Source: a virus
Taxonomy: Duplodnaviria; Caudoviricetes
Length of the DNA stretch: 64,000 nucleotides
IMG/VR virus record: IMGVR_UViG_3300043422_000045
Location: 1-64,000 of that record
Direction: 5' to 3' (one strand)
The notes beneath the pieces are model-generated. The model was not told the DNA's origin and did not search any database. It was given only the letters and a program-made list of their open reading frames with translations. How positions within the stretch are numbered: position 1 is the stretch's first letter; every line of letters starts with the position of its first letter. The translations under genes and the position numbers were made by a program. Shown in pieces: positions 36,560 through 47,526 of this stretch.

Positions 36560-37369
36560 ATGAACAAAATTAAATCATATACTCAATTTTTGAATGAATC
36601 CAACTCTACGAATATAGTAAATGTGATATTGGATGCATTAGAACCAACTATTGTTAACATGTTATCTCAATCTGAAACCGCATATATTAAACAATTTGGT
36701 AAAGAGTTTTCTAAATATGAAAGAGAAATCACTAGACTTACTCTGATATATGATATGGTTAAATCTATCGAAACATACACAACGCCTTCTGATAATTTAC
36801 TTTCAATTAATGCTGGCGGAAGTCCTAAAGGAAATATAGAAATAACTGCGCAAATACAAAGAGAAGGCGTTACGTATAACTTTTCAACGGAAGTAATTTA
36901 CGCCGGAGGTTATAACATACAAAGATTACATTATCGTTATATTACCAAAACAAGTATTCCTAAAACTTCTAGTAAAACTATAACTCAAGAATATGGTGAC
37001 AAAATTAAAAAGATGTCAAAGCTTGAAAAAATCAATGATGAAATATCAATGTATGAATTTAGAATCAAAAGAGCCGAAGAATTATATGATAAAAATTCTA
37101 AGTTAAGCGATGATCAAATAATACAAGCCATAAAAAATGATCCTAAAGATTCTTGGTATGAATGGCCAACTTGGAAGGAAATAGTAAAGAGAGACGCTGC
37201 TAAAAATTACAATAACGACGAATCATATTACAACGACCAGCGAGAAGAAGGCATAGCTAAAAGAATTGAATCTTGGAAAAGAATCAATGTTCATGACAAA
37301 CCGCGCAACATAGCTGATTACAATAAAACAATCAAGAAGTTACAAACAAAGTTAGATGCTTTGTTATAG
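36560..37369 (+). CDS. Hypothetical protein with capsid-targeting-like N-terminus
   Basis: MNKIKSYTQFLNES; preceded by both early and late motifs. Confidence 0.65.
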   Translation: MNKIKSYTQFLNESNSTNIVNVILDALEPTIVNMLSQSETAYIKQFGKEFSKYEREITRLTLIYDMVKSIETYTTPSDNLLSINAGGSPKGNIEITAQIQREGVTYNFSTEVIYAGGYNIQRLHYRYITKTSIPKTSSKTITQEYGDKIKKMSKLEKINDEISMYEFRIKRAEELYDKNSKLSDDQIIQAIKNDPKDSWYEWPTWKEIVKRDAAKNYNNDESYYNDQREEGIAKRIESWKRINVHDKPRNIADYNKTIKKLQTKLDALL

Positions 37370-37385
37370 ATAATTTGTAAGGATA

Positions 37386-37416
37386 TATATAGTGAACTAA
37401 TAACATTCATTATATA
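37386..37416 (+). promoter_or_regulatory. Hairpin over the amidoligase start region, overlapping the late motif
   Basis: TATATAGTGAA pairs with TTCATTATATA (one G-U); ends 1 nt before ATG 37418; GATATATA at 37382. Confidence 0.6.
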
Positions 37417-37417
37417 A

Positions 37418-38719
37418 ATGATAAACCTTAAAGACTCAGACATTTTATCAAAAGGCTTGGTTGGGGTAGAATTCGAATTCTATTCTAATACGAGTATTGA
37501 AGATACAGCCAAAGAAGTTGGCAAATTACTTGGTAAGAAAATACGTGTAGAAAAGAAAGCCCATAGTGAATTTCAACCAACGCAGGATGAATTTAAAATG
37601 GAACCAGACATGTCCGGTGGAGCTGGATTAATTGAATTAGTTACAGGAGCTGTTCCTTATTCTGCAGGTAGATTAATGATTATCAAGATGTGCGACTGGA
37701 TTAAAAAGAATGGTTACACTACAGATAGATCTTCTATTCATTTAAATTTAAGTTTTAATCCAGAATTATCTGGTAATAAAAACTTACTTTCTAAAATGAA
37801 TCCTTTAAAATTTATCTTGGATTTTAATGAAGACAAAGTTTGGAAAGCATTTCCAAATAGACAAGATTCAACATACGCAAAATCAATAAAGTTTGTAATT
37901 CCTAGAATTGAAACATATTCTTATAACGGAGAGCAAATTAGCTCAAACAACTTTATATTTCCTAGAACAAAATATTATGGAGTTAACTTTGAAAAACTTC
38001 AAAAGAACTATCTTGAATTTAGATATTTAGGTGGTGAAAATTGGCATGAAAAATCTGCTAAGATTTTAAATCTTATGGATTATTTCTTGGTTCAATTGTG
38101 GACAACTGCAAGTGACAATCAAACATCTTTTAATGATTTAAATAAAATTGAGCTTAAAAAGATTTTAGCAGATAACAAAAAGGTAATTGATTTAAGAGTC
38201 GATTGGAGAAATATCGAAAAGAACTTTCCAAAATGTAAATTCACGGTGGACATGTCAAATGATCCTGGCGTTTTAGATTTATATTGGCCACAGATAAAAG
38301 AAAGAGTAGCTTTGTTATTTACTCAAGGCCAAATGGACAAAGGAAATATCAATTATGATTCTGATGCTGGTAGAATTCAAGTACAAGACGGACATTTACC
38401 GTATTGCTTTCAATTAGAAGCTTATGAATTTATTGGATGTTCATTACAAGGTGAATTTACATATTGTGATTTCTTTACATGTGATATACAGTCATCTGAT
38501 ATTAAAAATTGCAATATCTATTATAACACCCAAGTCAACAATTCAAAAGTAGGTTCATCACAAACAGCATGGAATGCAGTGCTTAAAAACTGTTACGTTT
38601 ATGGCACTGACACTATATTTAAAGGAACTATGCAAGGCGGAATCTTTAGAGAAGGTAAATATGATGCAAAATTTGCAAAATTCGATGACGTTGAGATAAT
38701 AAAATCTTACAAAATATAA
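37418..38719 (+). CDS. Putative amidoligase (COOH-NH2 ligase, Amidoligase_2-like) with C-terminal beta-helix-like repeats
   Basis: VGVEFEF, EPDMS, IELVTG, SSIHLNLS, KYYGVNF and LEFRYLGG motifs. Confidence 0.75.
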   Translation: MINLKDSDILSKGLVGVEFEFYSNTSIEDTAKEVGKLLGKKIRVEKKAHSEFQPTQDEFKMEPDMSGGAGLIELVTGAVPYSAGRLMIIKMCDWIKKNGYTTDRSSIHLNLSFNPELSGNKNLLSKMNPLKFILDFNEDKVWKAFPNRQDSTYAKSIKFVIPRIETYSYNGEQISSNNFIFPRTKYYGVNFEKLQKNYLEFRYLGGENWHEKSAKILNLMDYFLVQLWTTASDNQTSFNDLNKIELKKILADNKKVIDLRVDWRNIEKNFPKCKFTVDMSNDPGVLDLYWPQIKERVALLFTQGQMDKGNINYDSDAGRIQVQDGHLPYCFQLEAYEFIGCSLQGEFTYCDFFTCDIQSSDIKNCNIYYNTQVNNSKVGSSQTAWNAVLKNCYVYGTDTIFKGTMQGGIFREGKYDAKFAKFDDVEIIKSYKI

Positions 38720-38728
38720 TTAATAAGT

Positions 38729-39562
38729 ATGAGCACTATTAACAGCGGACAAACGCCTGGCATTTCTACTCCACCTTCATGGGATAGTTCATGTTCAAAT
38801 GATTTTTTAAATCAATTGGCAGAAGATATTACAGGGTCTTGTATGATTCCTATGAACTTACCCAAAAAAGAGGTTTATAACATTGTTCAAAGAGCTAAAA
38901 AATGGTTTTATAAAAATTACGAATACTCTATGAAAGAGAGTTTCTACATTTTACCATTGCCCCTATTCAAAACAGATTATTTTAAACATACAAGATCATT
39001 TACTCTACCAAAAGAAGATCCAACAACTGGCGGCGGTGAAGTGTATTCCGTATATGGTGTTAATATGATAGGCTCTAGATTTGGAGCAGGAACTTCTGTT
39101 ACCTTTACAACTGGTGACTTTGCCATGGAAAGAATGCTTTACGGTGGACTTTACGGTGGTACTGGTACTGTTGCAGGTGCTGAAAACTTACAATATTATG
39201 TAATTAATGAAAGTTACTTTGATATGACTAGACAGATTCTTCAGAATCCTATGTCTTTTAATTACAATCAATTGACACACGAACTTAGATTTACAGGTGA
39301 ATTACCTGTAAAAGACGTTGTTTTGCAGATATATGAAACTGTTCCAGAATGTGCTCTTTTTGCAGATGAAGCTTTCTTTAGATATTGCGCAGCAAAAATT
39401 AAAATAGCTTTAGGAAATAAAATGCAGATCTTCGGCTATAATTTACCAGGTGGAATCTCAGTTAATGCTGATGCAATTCAAAGTTTAGGCGAAAGTGAAT
39501 TAGAAGCAGTTATCGATGAAATCAAATCTGATGAGGGTACAGATTGGATGATGCATTCTTAA
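38729..39562 (+). CDS. Neck/head-tail adaptor protein (T4 gp13-like)
   Basis: FNYNQLTHELRF and FFRYCAAKIKIALG...LPGGISVNADAI...ELE pattern typical of gp13. Confidence 0.7.
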   Translation: MSTINSGQTPGISTPPSWDSSCSNDFLNQLAEDITGSCMIPMNLPKKEVYNIVQRAKKWFYKNYEYSMKESFYILPLPLFKTDYFKHTRSFTLPKEDPTTGGGEVYSVYGVNMIGSRFGAGTSVTFTTGDFAMERMLYGGLYGGTGTVAGAENLQYYVINESYFDMTRQILQNPMSFNYNQLTHELRFTGELPVKDVVLQIYETVPECALFADEAFFRYCAAKIKIALGNKMQIFGYNLPGGISVNADAIQSLGESELEAVIDEIKSDEGTDWMMHS

Positions 39563-39577
39563 TAAAATATATACTTA

Positions 39578-39931
39578 ATGGAATTCTATATAAAATCTAT
39601 TGAAGATCCACATTTTGACAGGTATAAACTACAATCAGAAAGTGATATCGCACAAGCAATTACACAACTTGAAGTTCTTCTTTTTACTAAAAAAGGAGAA
39701 GTTTTAGGTGAACCTGATTTTGGTTGTGATTTAGAAAGTCTTATATTTGAATTCAGTTATAATGATTTTCAGTTAACTCGTGAAATAAACCAACAGATTG
39801 ACAGATATTGCCCATTGGCTAGAAGATTACGCACCGTCGTATCTACTACTTATGAAAGAGGTGAAGATAGGGATGCTATATTTATAGACGTAACTATCGA
39901 TTCTCAATATCAAATCAAAGTAATAATATAA
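39578..39931 (+). CDS. Baseplate wedge gp25-like protein
   Basis: LLFTKKGEVLGEPDFGCDLESLIFE. Confidence 0.9.
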   Translation: MEFYIKSIEDPHFDRYKLQSESDIAQAITQLEVLLFTKKGEVLGEPDFGCDLESLIFEFSYNDFQLTREINQQIDRYCPLARRLRTVVSTTYERGEDRDAIFIDVTIDSQYQIKVII

Positions 39932-39946
39932 AACATTTAAAACTAA

Positions 39947-41764
39947 ATGGCAAATTTAAAATTTTTATCAACATCTAGAATTAAAGCAGCTGAGATGTTA
40001 GACGACACTAAGACTTATATAGGTCGAGTGTATGGTCGTTTAGGTGAATTGTTTACAACAGCATCACCTTTTTCACAAATTATACAAGTAGTTTCTGAAT
40101 TAGGGGAATTGATATTCTTTTACGTTGAAAATTCAACAGTTGAACAAAATATTATAACGGCCCAGCAACCTGAATCAGTGTATGGTTTGGCTAGATTAGC
40201 TGGCCATGATTCATATAGAGGTGCCAGCGCTATTGGTGAAATTAAGATTAGATTGAATACGTCTTCGGCCGGTGACATCTCTGGCAGCACGTTAAACATT
40301 CCAGCTAATGCAATTATTACATCTCAATCAAATGGTTTAAAATATACATTAAGAACCAATGCAGATCAATTTAGAATTGAAAAATCTAATTCTAATTATA
40401 TTTATATTCCAATTATACAAGGTGTTTTTGAAACACAAACAGTTACATCTAATGGAAATGACTTACAATCCTTTAATATTATAACTAGAAAGAGTGATCA
40501 TGATAACATTACAGTTTCTGTTAATGGTGAAAAATGGGAAAAGTATGATTCTTTATATGATATGAAACCAACAACTAAAGGTTATTTAATTAAAACTGGA
40601 ATTACAGGTGGTTTAGATCTTTATTTTGGTAATGGTAACTTTGGTGCAGTGCCTCAAACTGGTGCTTCTATTCAAGTTGAATATTTGGTTTCTAGAGGTG
40701 CATTAGGAAATTTAAATCACTCTAAAGATTTAACTTTTAAATTTGAAACGCAAGGCTTTGATTCTATGGGAAATTCTCATAATTTAAATGATGTCTTAGA
40801 TGTTCAGTGCACTGTTGCACCAATCATGGGCGCAGATGAAGAAAACTTAAGTTTAACTAAACTTATTGCTCCATTAGCTTCAAAATCATTTGTTCTTGCA
40901 ACACCTGAAAATTATGAATACTTTTTATCTAAATACGGAATGTTTTCTTATTTAGACGCTTATAATACAACCGACGATGGATATTTAGATGATGACAATA
41001 TCATTTACTTATTTATGCTGCCTGATGTTAAAAGAAAATTAACTAATAATCAAGATTACTTTAGTTTGCCAGTTGATGAATTCTTCTTTTCACAAGATGA
41101 GAAAACGGCAATTTTAACGACTTTAGAAAAATCAGGCCAACAAATGGTAACTACCGAAGTTCAAATTGTAAATCCTGAAGTTTTAAGATTTAGAATGGAC
41201 ATTAAAGTAAGATACTTTGAAAACTATACTAAACAAGATATTTTCACAGAGATTAGATCTAAAGTTTCAGATTATTTAATGAATATTACTAGAAGAGATC
41301 GTTTACCTAAGTCAGATATTATTGCTATAATTGAATCTGTTAATGGCGTTGACTCCGTGAATGTTAGATTTGTGTCTGAAACTGAAGAAATTGCTAGAAA
41401 AAATGGTTACTATACTGTAACTTCTACAACAGTTACTCCATCTACACCAACTTTACAGGATGTTGGAAATGGTCAATCTAAATTTGTATTCTTTAAAAAG
41501 ACTGTAACTAAAACAACGGTAAATTTTGCGCCTAATGATCCACTCCCAGAGTCGGTAATTGGTTTAGATTCATTTGGTGATATTATTTTAGGCAAAGAAC
41601 AAGTAGCTTTATTTAGAGGTGATTGGAATGATAGAGATGACGTCGCAGTTTTAGATAATGCTTTATTAGGAGAACAAGCTGCTCTTTCAGTTTATTTTGA
41701 TGAGCCTGCTAGACCTAATACTATTTTCTCTACGATACAAACACAAAATAGAAAGAAAATATAA
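39947..41764 (+). CDS. Baseplate wedge gp6/BpJ-like protein
   Basis: TAQQPESVYGLARLAG, LYFGNGNFGAVP, GADEE, VLATPENYE, IESVNGVDSV. Confidence 0.85.
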   Translation: MANLKFLSTSRIKAAEMLDDTKTYIGRVYGRLGELFTTASPFSQIIQVVSELGELIFFYVENSTVEQNIITAQQPESVYGLARLAGHDSYRGASAIGEIKIRLNTSSAGDISGSTLNIPANAIITSQSNGLKYTLRTNADQFRIEKSNSNYIYIPIIQGVFETQTVTSNGNDLQSFNIITRKSDHDNITVSVNGEKWEKYDSLYDMKPTTKGYLIKTGITGGLDLYFGNGNFGAVPQTGASIQVEYLVSRGALGNLNHSKDLTFKFETQGFDSMGNSHNLNDVLDVQCTVAPIMGADEENLSLTKLIAPLASKSFVLATPENYEYFLSKYGMFSYLDAYNTTDDGYLDDDNIIYLFMLPDVKRKLTNNQDYFSLPVDEFFFSQDEKTAILTTLEKSGQQMVTTEVQIVNPEVLRFRMDIKVRYFENYTKQDIFTEIRSKVSDYLMNITRRDRLPKSDIIAIIESVNGVDSVNVRFVSETEEIARKNGYYTVTSTTVTPSTPTLQDVGNGQSKFVFFKKTVTKTTVNFAPNDPLPESVIGLDSFGDIILGKEQVALFRGDWNDRDDVAVLDNALLGEQAALSVYFDEPARPNTIFSTIQTQNRKKI

Positions 41765-42045
41765 TGGCACAAAACGAAGATATATTAGAAGGTTTATTTA
41801 AAAATACTAAAATAAGTATTTACGATGCAACTGATTCTGCAAAAGATAATAGAAAAAATACAGGTTATGATTTCTCTGAAGATCTAATGCGTAAAAATCT
41901 TTCACCATTATTATTTAAAAATGAATACTTAGCCAACTTTATCAATCTCATACAGTTACCGATAATAAAGTTTATAAATACAGTAACGACTCTTAGAGTA
42001 TACAAATCATATACTGTCAAAAAAGACTATACGAAAGTAAGATAA
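41764..42045 (+). CDS. Small baseplate-operon protein
   Basis: TAATG-coupled between gp6-like and gp7-like genes. Confidence 0.6.
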   Translation: MAQNEDILEGLFKNTKISIYDATDSAKDNRKNTGYDFSEDLMRKNLSPLLFKNEYLANFINLIQLPIIKFINTVTTLRVYKSYTVKKDYTKVR

Positions 42046-42046
42046 C

Positions 42047-44875
42047 ATGACAAAATACCAAAATTTAAGATTTTTTAACGGAGCTTCTGGAGAATTAGAT
42101 TTTTCTTATGATTCAACACTAGAACTTTGGACAGGTTCGATTTATCTGCCTAAAGTTTCGGTTGGTTTATACGAGACTGCTAATTTATTTATCTTTGAAG
42201 AAGTTGTTACGTCTTCTGGTGTTTTAGAATATGTTAGACCTATTTCAGAAAATACAGATGATAATTTATTCTTATTTGATTTAGAATCAGATTTTGATTT
42301 TAGCGAAGATATTAAATTATATGCAATAGATATTATTGATAACGAATATAATGTATTAGAATTTACAACTACATCTGAAGAAATCTTAACAAAGACAACT
42401 TCGACTAATAATATAACATATCAGCAAACCAATCATACATCAAATATAATTGGCGAATCTCAAGAATACAAAGAAGTTTCTGACTCTATTGACAAAACAC
42501 CGATTTCTTGTAACATTACGCTGCACTCTGATGTTGAAGGTATTCATACTAGAACATTAAATATATTCGCAGGTGAATCTGGAGATTTTGTCCATATTGC
42601 GAAGATTTTAATATATGGAGAAACAGAAGCCGAAGATGAGAGATTAAGTGTATTGCTTTCAAATATGGGAGCTTCTATCAAAGAAGAAGACGGTATTATC
42701 TTTAGAGATTCTGACATTAATGAAATCTCAACAGATTGGAAAATCATCAACAATAAAAGAAAAGAATTACTTTTAGAAGCGCATAACATAATGCCATTTA
42801 TAGGTACTTATAAAGCTCTTTTAAATGCTATGAAATTTTATGGTTATGACAATTTAACTATAAAAGAATACTGGTTAAACATCAACGAGCAAACGCCAGG
42901 TTTTGGTAAATTAATGGCTGTTGCAATACCTAACCAAGATACTCATGGATTTTTAGCGTCTAAAGCTGATAAAATAGAATTACCTAATTCTAATCATAAG
43001 AAAACTTCTAGATTTTCATTAGTCTATAGAATAAATGAACCGACTGGATCTTTAGACGAATGGGATTTACCTGTTGTAAAAGAAACATTTGATTTTACAC
43101 CAGACGAAGTCTTAATAAAATTATATGGCTTAAAAAGAAAGTTACAAACAGAATACTTGCCCTTACAAGCTAAGATTATAGACATCACAGCTGAAGGTGA
43201 TTTCTTTAGTCAATTTACGCAAAACGTTTGGAATAATCAAAACACAATTCAAGTACAAAGTGCAGGTATTGAAGTTGATTTTCATGTATTTCCAAAAAGA
43301 AGATTGTTTATAGAAGATTTAAGATTAGTTAGTCAAGACTTGGCAACTGATACCAATTCTTTTCCATTACAACCAAGTTTAAATACTAGCGTTATTGCAG
43401 ATATTAAAGATTTCTATAATCATTATTATGATAAAGAATTAAATACGTTTACTACTCTAAGTAATGTACCGATCGGTTGTCCTGTTGTTTTAGAAGCTAC
43501 CTCGCTGTCTGATTTCTATGAAGATGCAGATTATACGTGGAATGATACAGACTTAGCAGCGAATGACTATACTAATAATGGAGCATCTATTTATACATGG
43601 GACAATATTTGGTCTAGAGATGTTTATGAAATTGAATGGATTGTAAGTGGACCTAGAGATTATTTAGTAACTTATAGAGGCGCTGTCAAGGATCTTTATA
43701 ACATGGCTTTAGTATTGCCTTATTCTGGAATTTATAACGTTACATTAAACATGTATGACTTATATAATTCTAGATCATTTACGATTAAAGATTCTGAAAT
43801 AAAAGTTGAAAATAAATCTGTAGAGATTTATGGTTTATACGAATGGAAAAATCACAACGAATCTTGGGAAGATCAGGCATATACTTGGGATTTAGCAGGT
43901 GGATTCTATGATTTTTCACAAGATAGTCCAGTATTAGTAAATGATATGATGGCTTCTTGGTATTTAACATTGGACAGAAACAACTACATATATGATGATA
44001 CAGCTGGAGTAGAATTTTCTACAGTTAGAAGATACTTAGACGTTAATTCTCCAACTTCGTTTAGCGAAACAACCGGACCTTATATTTGGAATAGATTAAA
44101 ACAACAAACATGGAATGATGCTTTAAATAACACGTGGGATTCTACTAGAATTGGTTCAGATTTAGCTGCCTCATTTAAAATAGATGTTAGACAAAATCAC
44201 TTTCCAAATGGATATTATAATGGAACGCCGTTGACTATCAAATGGAGAATTCCAGGTACTCAAGAATTTATTTACGAGTCTTATACTATTCAAAATCCAT
44301 ATCCAACAGATCAAACAGATCTTGCAGCATGGATTGCAATATGTGATGAATTGAATGCCTTAACGCCTGCAACAAATCCTATTTTTTCTAAATTCACATG
44401 GAATCAAGTAATAATAGACGCGGACGCAGATGGTTTATATGACACTGATGATTTTGCATACGAAATTCTAGCAGTTGGTAAAGATTATTCTTCAACTTAT
44501 GATTTTGAAGATGCTTATTTTGAAAGTCAAACTGGTGGTGAAGTTATTGGTAAAGTACATTATACAGCATATAATCCAACGTGGAATGATGTTGTTGTGT
44601 TCGATGATCACGCAAAGGTAACTCTAATGACACACTTGACATTCGCGTTTGAAAAAACAAATATGCCGGGCGTAGTTTCTTGGAAATGGACTATAAATAA
44701 TACTTCAAATCCACTATTTGAAGAAGTTACTTGTTATAATCAATGGTTGACTTATTTGTTTTCAGAAAGAGGCGATTACGCTATAAAATTAGAATTAATA
44801 GATAGTAATGGAAACAAAAATGAAATCACCAGAAATATGCTTTCTATAGTCAAGGCTGAAGAATTGTATATTTAG
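42047..44875 (+). CDS. Baseplate wedge gp7-like protein with PKD/Ig-like domains
   Basis: IGTYKALLNAMKFYGY; GIYNVTLNMYD and GDYAIKLELIDSNGN PKD-type strands. Confidence 0.6.
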   Translation: MTKYQNLRFFNGASGELDFSYDSTLELWTGSIYLPKVSVGLYETANLFIFEEVVTSSGVLEYVRPISENTDDNLFLFDLESDFDFSEDIKLYAIDIIDNEYNVLEFTTTSEEILTKTTSTNNITYQQTNHTSNIIGESQEYKEVSDSIDKTPISCNITLHSDVEGIHTRTLNIFAGESGDFVHIAKILIYGETEAEDERLSVLLSNMGASIKEEDGIIFRDSDINEISTDWKIINNKRKELLLEAHNIMPFIGTYKALLNAMKFYGYDNLTIKEYWLNINEQTPGFGKLMAVAIPNQDTHGFLASKADKIELPNSNHKKTSRFSLVYRINEPTGSLDEWDLPVVKETFDFTPDEVLIKLYGLKRKLQTEYLPLQAKIIDITAEGDFFSQFTQNVWNNQNTIQVQSAGIEVDFHVFPKRRLFIEDLRLVSQDLATDTNSFPLQPSLNTSVIADIKDFYNHYYDKELNTFTTLSNVPIGCPVVLEATSLSDFYEDADYTWNDTDLAANDYTNNGASIYTWDNIWSRDVYEIEWIVSGPRDYLVTYRGAVKDLYNMALVLPYSGIYNVTLNMYDLYNSRSFTIKDSEIKVENKSVEIYGLYEWKNHNESWEDQAYTWDLAGGFYDFSQDSPVLVNDMMASWYLTLDRNNYIYDDTAGVEFSTVRRYLDVNSPTSFSETTGPYIWNRLKQQTWNDALNNTWDSTRIGSDLAASFKIDVRQNHFPNGYYNGTPLTIKWRIPGTQEFIYESYTIQNPYPTDQTDLAAWIAICDELNALTPATNPIFSKFTWNQVIIDADADGLYDTDDFAYEILAVGKDYSSTYDFEDAYFESQTGGEVIGKVHYTAYNPTWNDVVVFDDHAKVTLMTHLTFAFEKTNMPGVVSWKWTINNTSNPLFEEVTCYNQWLTYLFSERGDYAIKLELIDSNGNKNEITRNMLSIVKAEELYI

Positions 44876-44960
44876 TTTCAGGTTCAATTTTAAAGATGAT
44901 ATATAATACAATAATACGTGATAAAGCGTCACATTAAAATAACAAACAAACTGTTCAAAA

Positions 44961-45521
44961 ATGGCAAACATAACTTTAATTTTAGGTACTGACAGCGTTT
45001 CTTCGTCTAGAGTAACTATCAATGACAATTTCGCTAACGTTAATAACGATTTAGCCTCTATTGCTGGTGTATTAGACACTACAAACGAAACTATTACATT
45101 AGCTGGTGCTAGTGCATTCGGTTCATTAAACGTAGCATCTAATAAATTTATAGCAAATTCAACTGCTGTAACATCCGCTGTTCCTGTAACTATTAATAGT
45201 ACATTTACCGCTAATGCTGATGTTGCATATTCTATTAGAAAAATCGGACCAATTACCGGTACTTCTGATTTACCTGCAGCTAATGCGTTTTTGCATTCTA
45301 CTTATATTGTAGATGCTTCAACAATCAATAGCGTTAATTTACCTGTTGGTAATGCTGGACAAGAAATTACTATCATGGCAAATGGCGGAACATTAAGTAT
45401 TGATACAGCATACGTTTCTGGAGCTACATCAATCTCTTTAGCAGATAAAGCAACATTAACTGTTAGATTCGCTGAAGGTTTTTGGAATATCGTATCTAGT
45501 TATTTAGCTACTATTCTATAA
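44961..45521 (+). CDS. Small trimeric fibre/baseplate attachment protein
   Basis: DSVSSSRVTINDNF N-terminal motif (gp9/gp10-type); LPVGNAGQEITI beta domain. Confidence 0.55.
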   Translation: MANITLILGTDSVSSSRVTINDNFANVNNDLASIAGVLDTTNETITLAGASAFGSLNVASNKFIANSTAVTSAVPVTINSTFTANADVAYSIRKIGPITGTSDLPAANAFLHSTYIVDASTINSVNLPVGNAGQEITIMANGGTLSIDTAYVSGATSISLADKATLTVRFAEGFWNIVSSYLATIL

Positions 45522-45554
45522 TTGAATCACAAAACATAAAAGAAATTTCGCTCA

Positions 45555-47525
45555 ATGGCAACACCATTAATTAGAATACCACAGGAACAAGGAGGAACGC
45601 TATATGCCTTTTCTTCATCAGCAAGAGATTTAACAAGGTCTTATTATAACCCGGATTTAAACTTTGAGTTTTCAAAGTTTGCTTTGGTTAAAGTACCTGT
45701 GATGACTGCGCCTGCTCAGGGTTCTACAAACAACTACATACAATTTAATAAATTATTTGATGCTTCTGGTGCTGCATACGACGATACTACATTAAACGGT
45801 AATGCAAACATTCATTTTGCACAAACATTTCAAAATTATGCATTAAACCTTGAACAGTTGGTTTTAAACGATGATGATTTTGATAGTACAATTTTTAGTT
45901 CAGATGCCGAAAAGATTTTCTTTAAATATTTAAATAGAATTGGAGCATTTCAAGCTAGAACAGCAACTTCTCAAGAAGCTGTCGGTTCTTTAAGTAGAAT
46001 GGTCGAATTAGAAGATTCTGCTTTAACAGGCGCCGAATATGAAAGAGTTATTAAATATTTAGGAAACATAGACGTTTCTAATGACAAGAATTACAAAGGT
46101 GATGTTTATAATGAAATTTTCATTAACGTACCTTCTGCAGTTGGTTATACGCCAAATGTTTTATTAAAATCTGCAACTTATAATACCAATGCTTTACAAT
46201 ATGTTCCTGGAAGTTTTATCGAAGGTAGAGCTGGGCAAACACATCCCGATATTAATCTTAATTTAGAAAGCATTACAGATAATGCAAATTCTGAAATTAT
46301 AATTGATCCTAATGAATCTGGAATTGTTGAAAATGCTTTAGGTATTGATTTTAATGCATCCTCATACGCTAAAATAGTAAATGACGCTCAAATGAGTTCT
46401 CTTTTTGATTATTCTAAAAGAGGTGGAGATTTCACATTTAATGCTATTTTGGTTTACTATGACTTATATTCTAAGTCAACGCCAACAAATAGATCTACTA
46501 ATTTATATGGTGTTTTAATATTAGATAACTTTAAAGAAGATCCTAATGGTTCTGGTTGGTTTATTCCAACACAAACAAAATACAAACCTAACGATATTAC
46601 TGGTTTAAATGGTAATGCGTTCTCTTTGAAATTGAATGTTAAATTTAACAGTTCAATGGATAATGTGGGTGTTGAAAACAACATCAATGATTTTAGTACA
46701 TTTGGAATGGACATCTTTTTAGATACTGTTTCTGCACTTAGTAATGCTACTAAATTATTGAAAGATGCCGATACAAAATATACAGAAATGTTTGCAAGAG
46801 TTGCAGACATCGAAAGCTTAATTTTAACTTCAGCTGATATAGCAGATGTTAAAAATAGAATTTCTGAAGTTGAAAGGGACGTAGCTAACGCTAAATTAAA
46901 TATGTCACAGTCTAATACCTTATTAGCTTTGATCCAATCTACCAATTTTAAGATTAATCAAATGTTAGATGGTACTGTGCCAACTTCAGTTCAATATAAT
47001 ATTGACGTTATTAAGCCAGGCCCAGGTATAAATATTGACAAATCAACTAGCAATATTATTAAAATCACTAATACGGTAGATGGCTATGAAATATGTGAAC
47101 CTTATTTGTTTGACGTTACTCCAGTTTCATTTTTAAATTGGGTAGTTAGTTCTAAAATAGAAACAACTGCACCGTTTGATCCAACATTGGCTAATAATTA
47201 TGCTATTTGGTCTAGATTAAAACCGTATACTAATAGAATTGCTATCGATGTTAATTCGGCAAACACTGCTGTTAATGATGTTAATATATACATAGACGAC
47301 ACAGCAACAACATGGAAGAAAGGTCAAGTTGTTAAAATTAAATTTAACAATACCATTAACATGGCAGGTTTTAACGTTAAAATTTGGAGTTTAAAATCTT
47401 CTACTTTAGGTTGGACTTTGATTTCAACATTAAGCAGTTCAAACTTTATAACAACCAAACCATACGTTGAGTTAATATGCACTGATGCTGTTAATAAACA
47501 ATTTGAACTAGATATATTAAGATAA
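45555..47525 (+). CDS. Hypothetical structural protein (656 aa)
   Basis: Long ORF in a late operon with a central coiled coil. Confidence 0.55.
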   Translation: MATPLIRIPQEQGGTLYAFSSSARDLTRSYYNPDLNFEFSKFALVKVPVMTAPAQGSTNNYIQFNKLFDASGAAYDDTTLNGNANIHFAQTFQNYALNLEQLVLNDDDFDSTIFSSDAEKIFFKYLNRIGAFQARTATSQEAVGSLSRMVELEDSALTGAEYERVIKYLGNIDVSNDKNYKGDVYNEIFINVPSAVGYTPNVLLKSATYNTNALQYVPGSFIEGRAGQTHPDINLNLESITDNANSEIIIDPNESGIVENALGIDFNASSYAKIVNDAQMSSLFDYSKRGGDFTFNAILVYYDLYSKSTPTNRSTNLYGVLILDNFKEDPNGSGWFIPTQTKYKPNDITGLNGNAFSLKLNVKFNSSMDNVGVENNINDFSTFGMDIFLDTVSALSNATKLLKDADTKYTEMFARVADIESLILTSADIADVKNRISEVERDVANAKLNMSQSNTLLALIQSTNFKINQMLDGTVPTSVQYNIDVIKPGPGINIDKSTSNIIKITNTVDGYEICEPYLFDVTPVSFLNWVVSSKIETTAPFDPTLANNYAIWSRLKPYTNRIAIDVNSANTAVNDVNIYIDDTATTWKKGQVVKIKFNNTINMAGFNVKIWSLKSSTLGWTLISTLSSSNFITTKPYVELICTDAVNKQFELDILR

Positions 47526-47526
47526 T

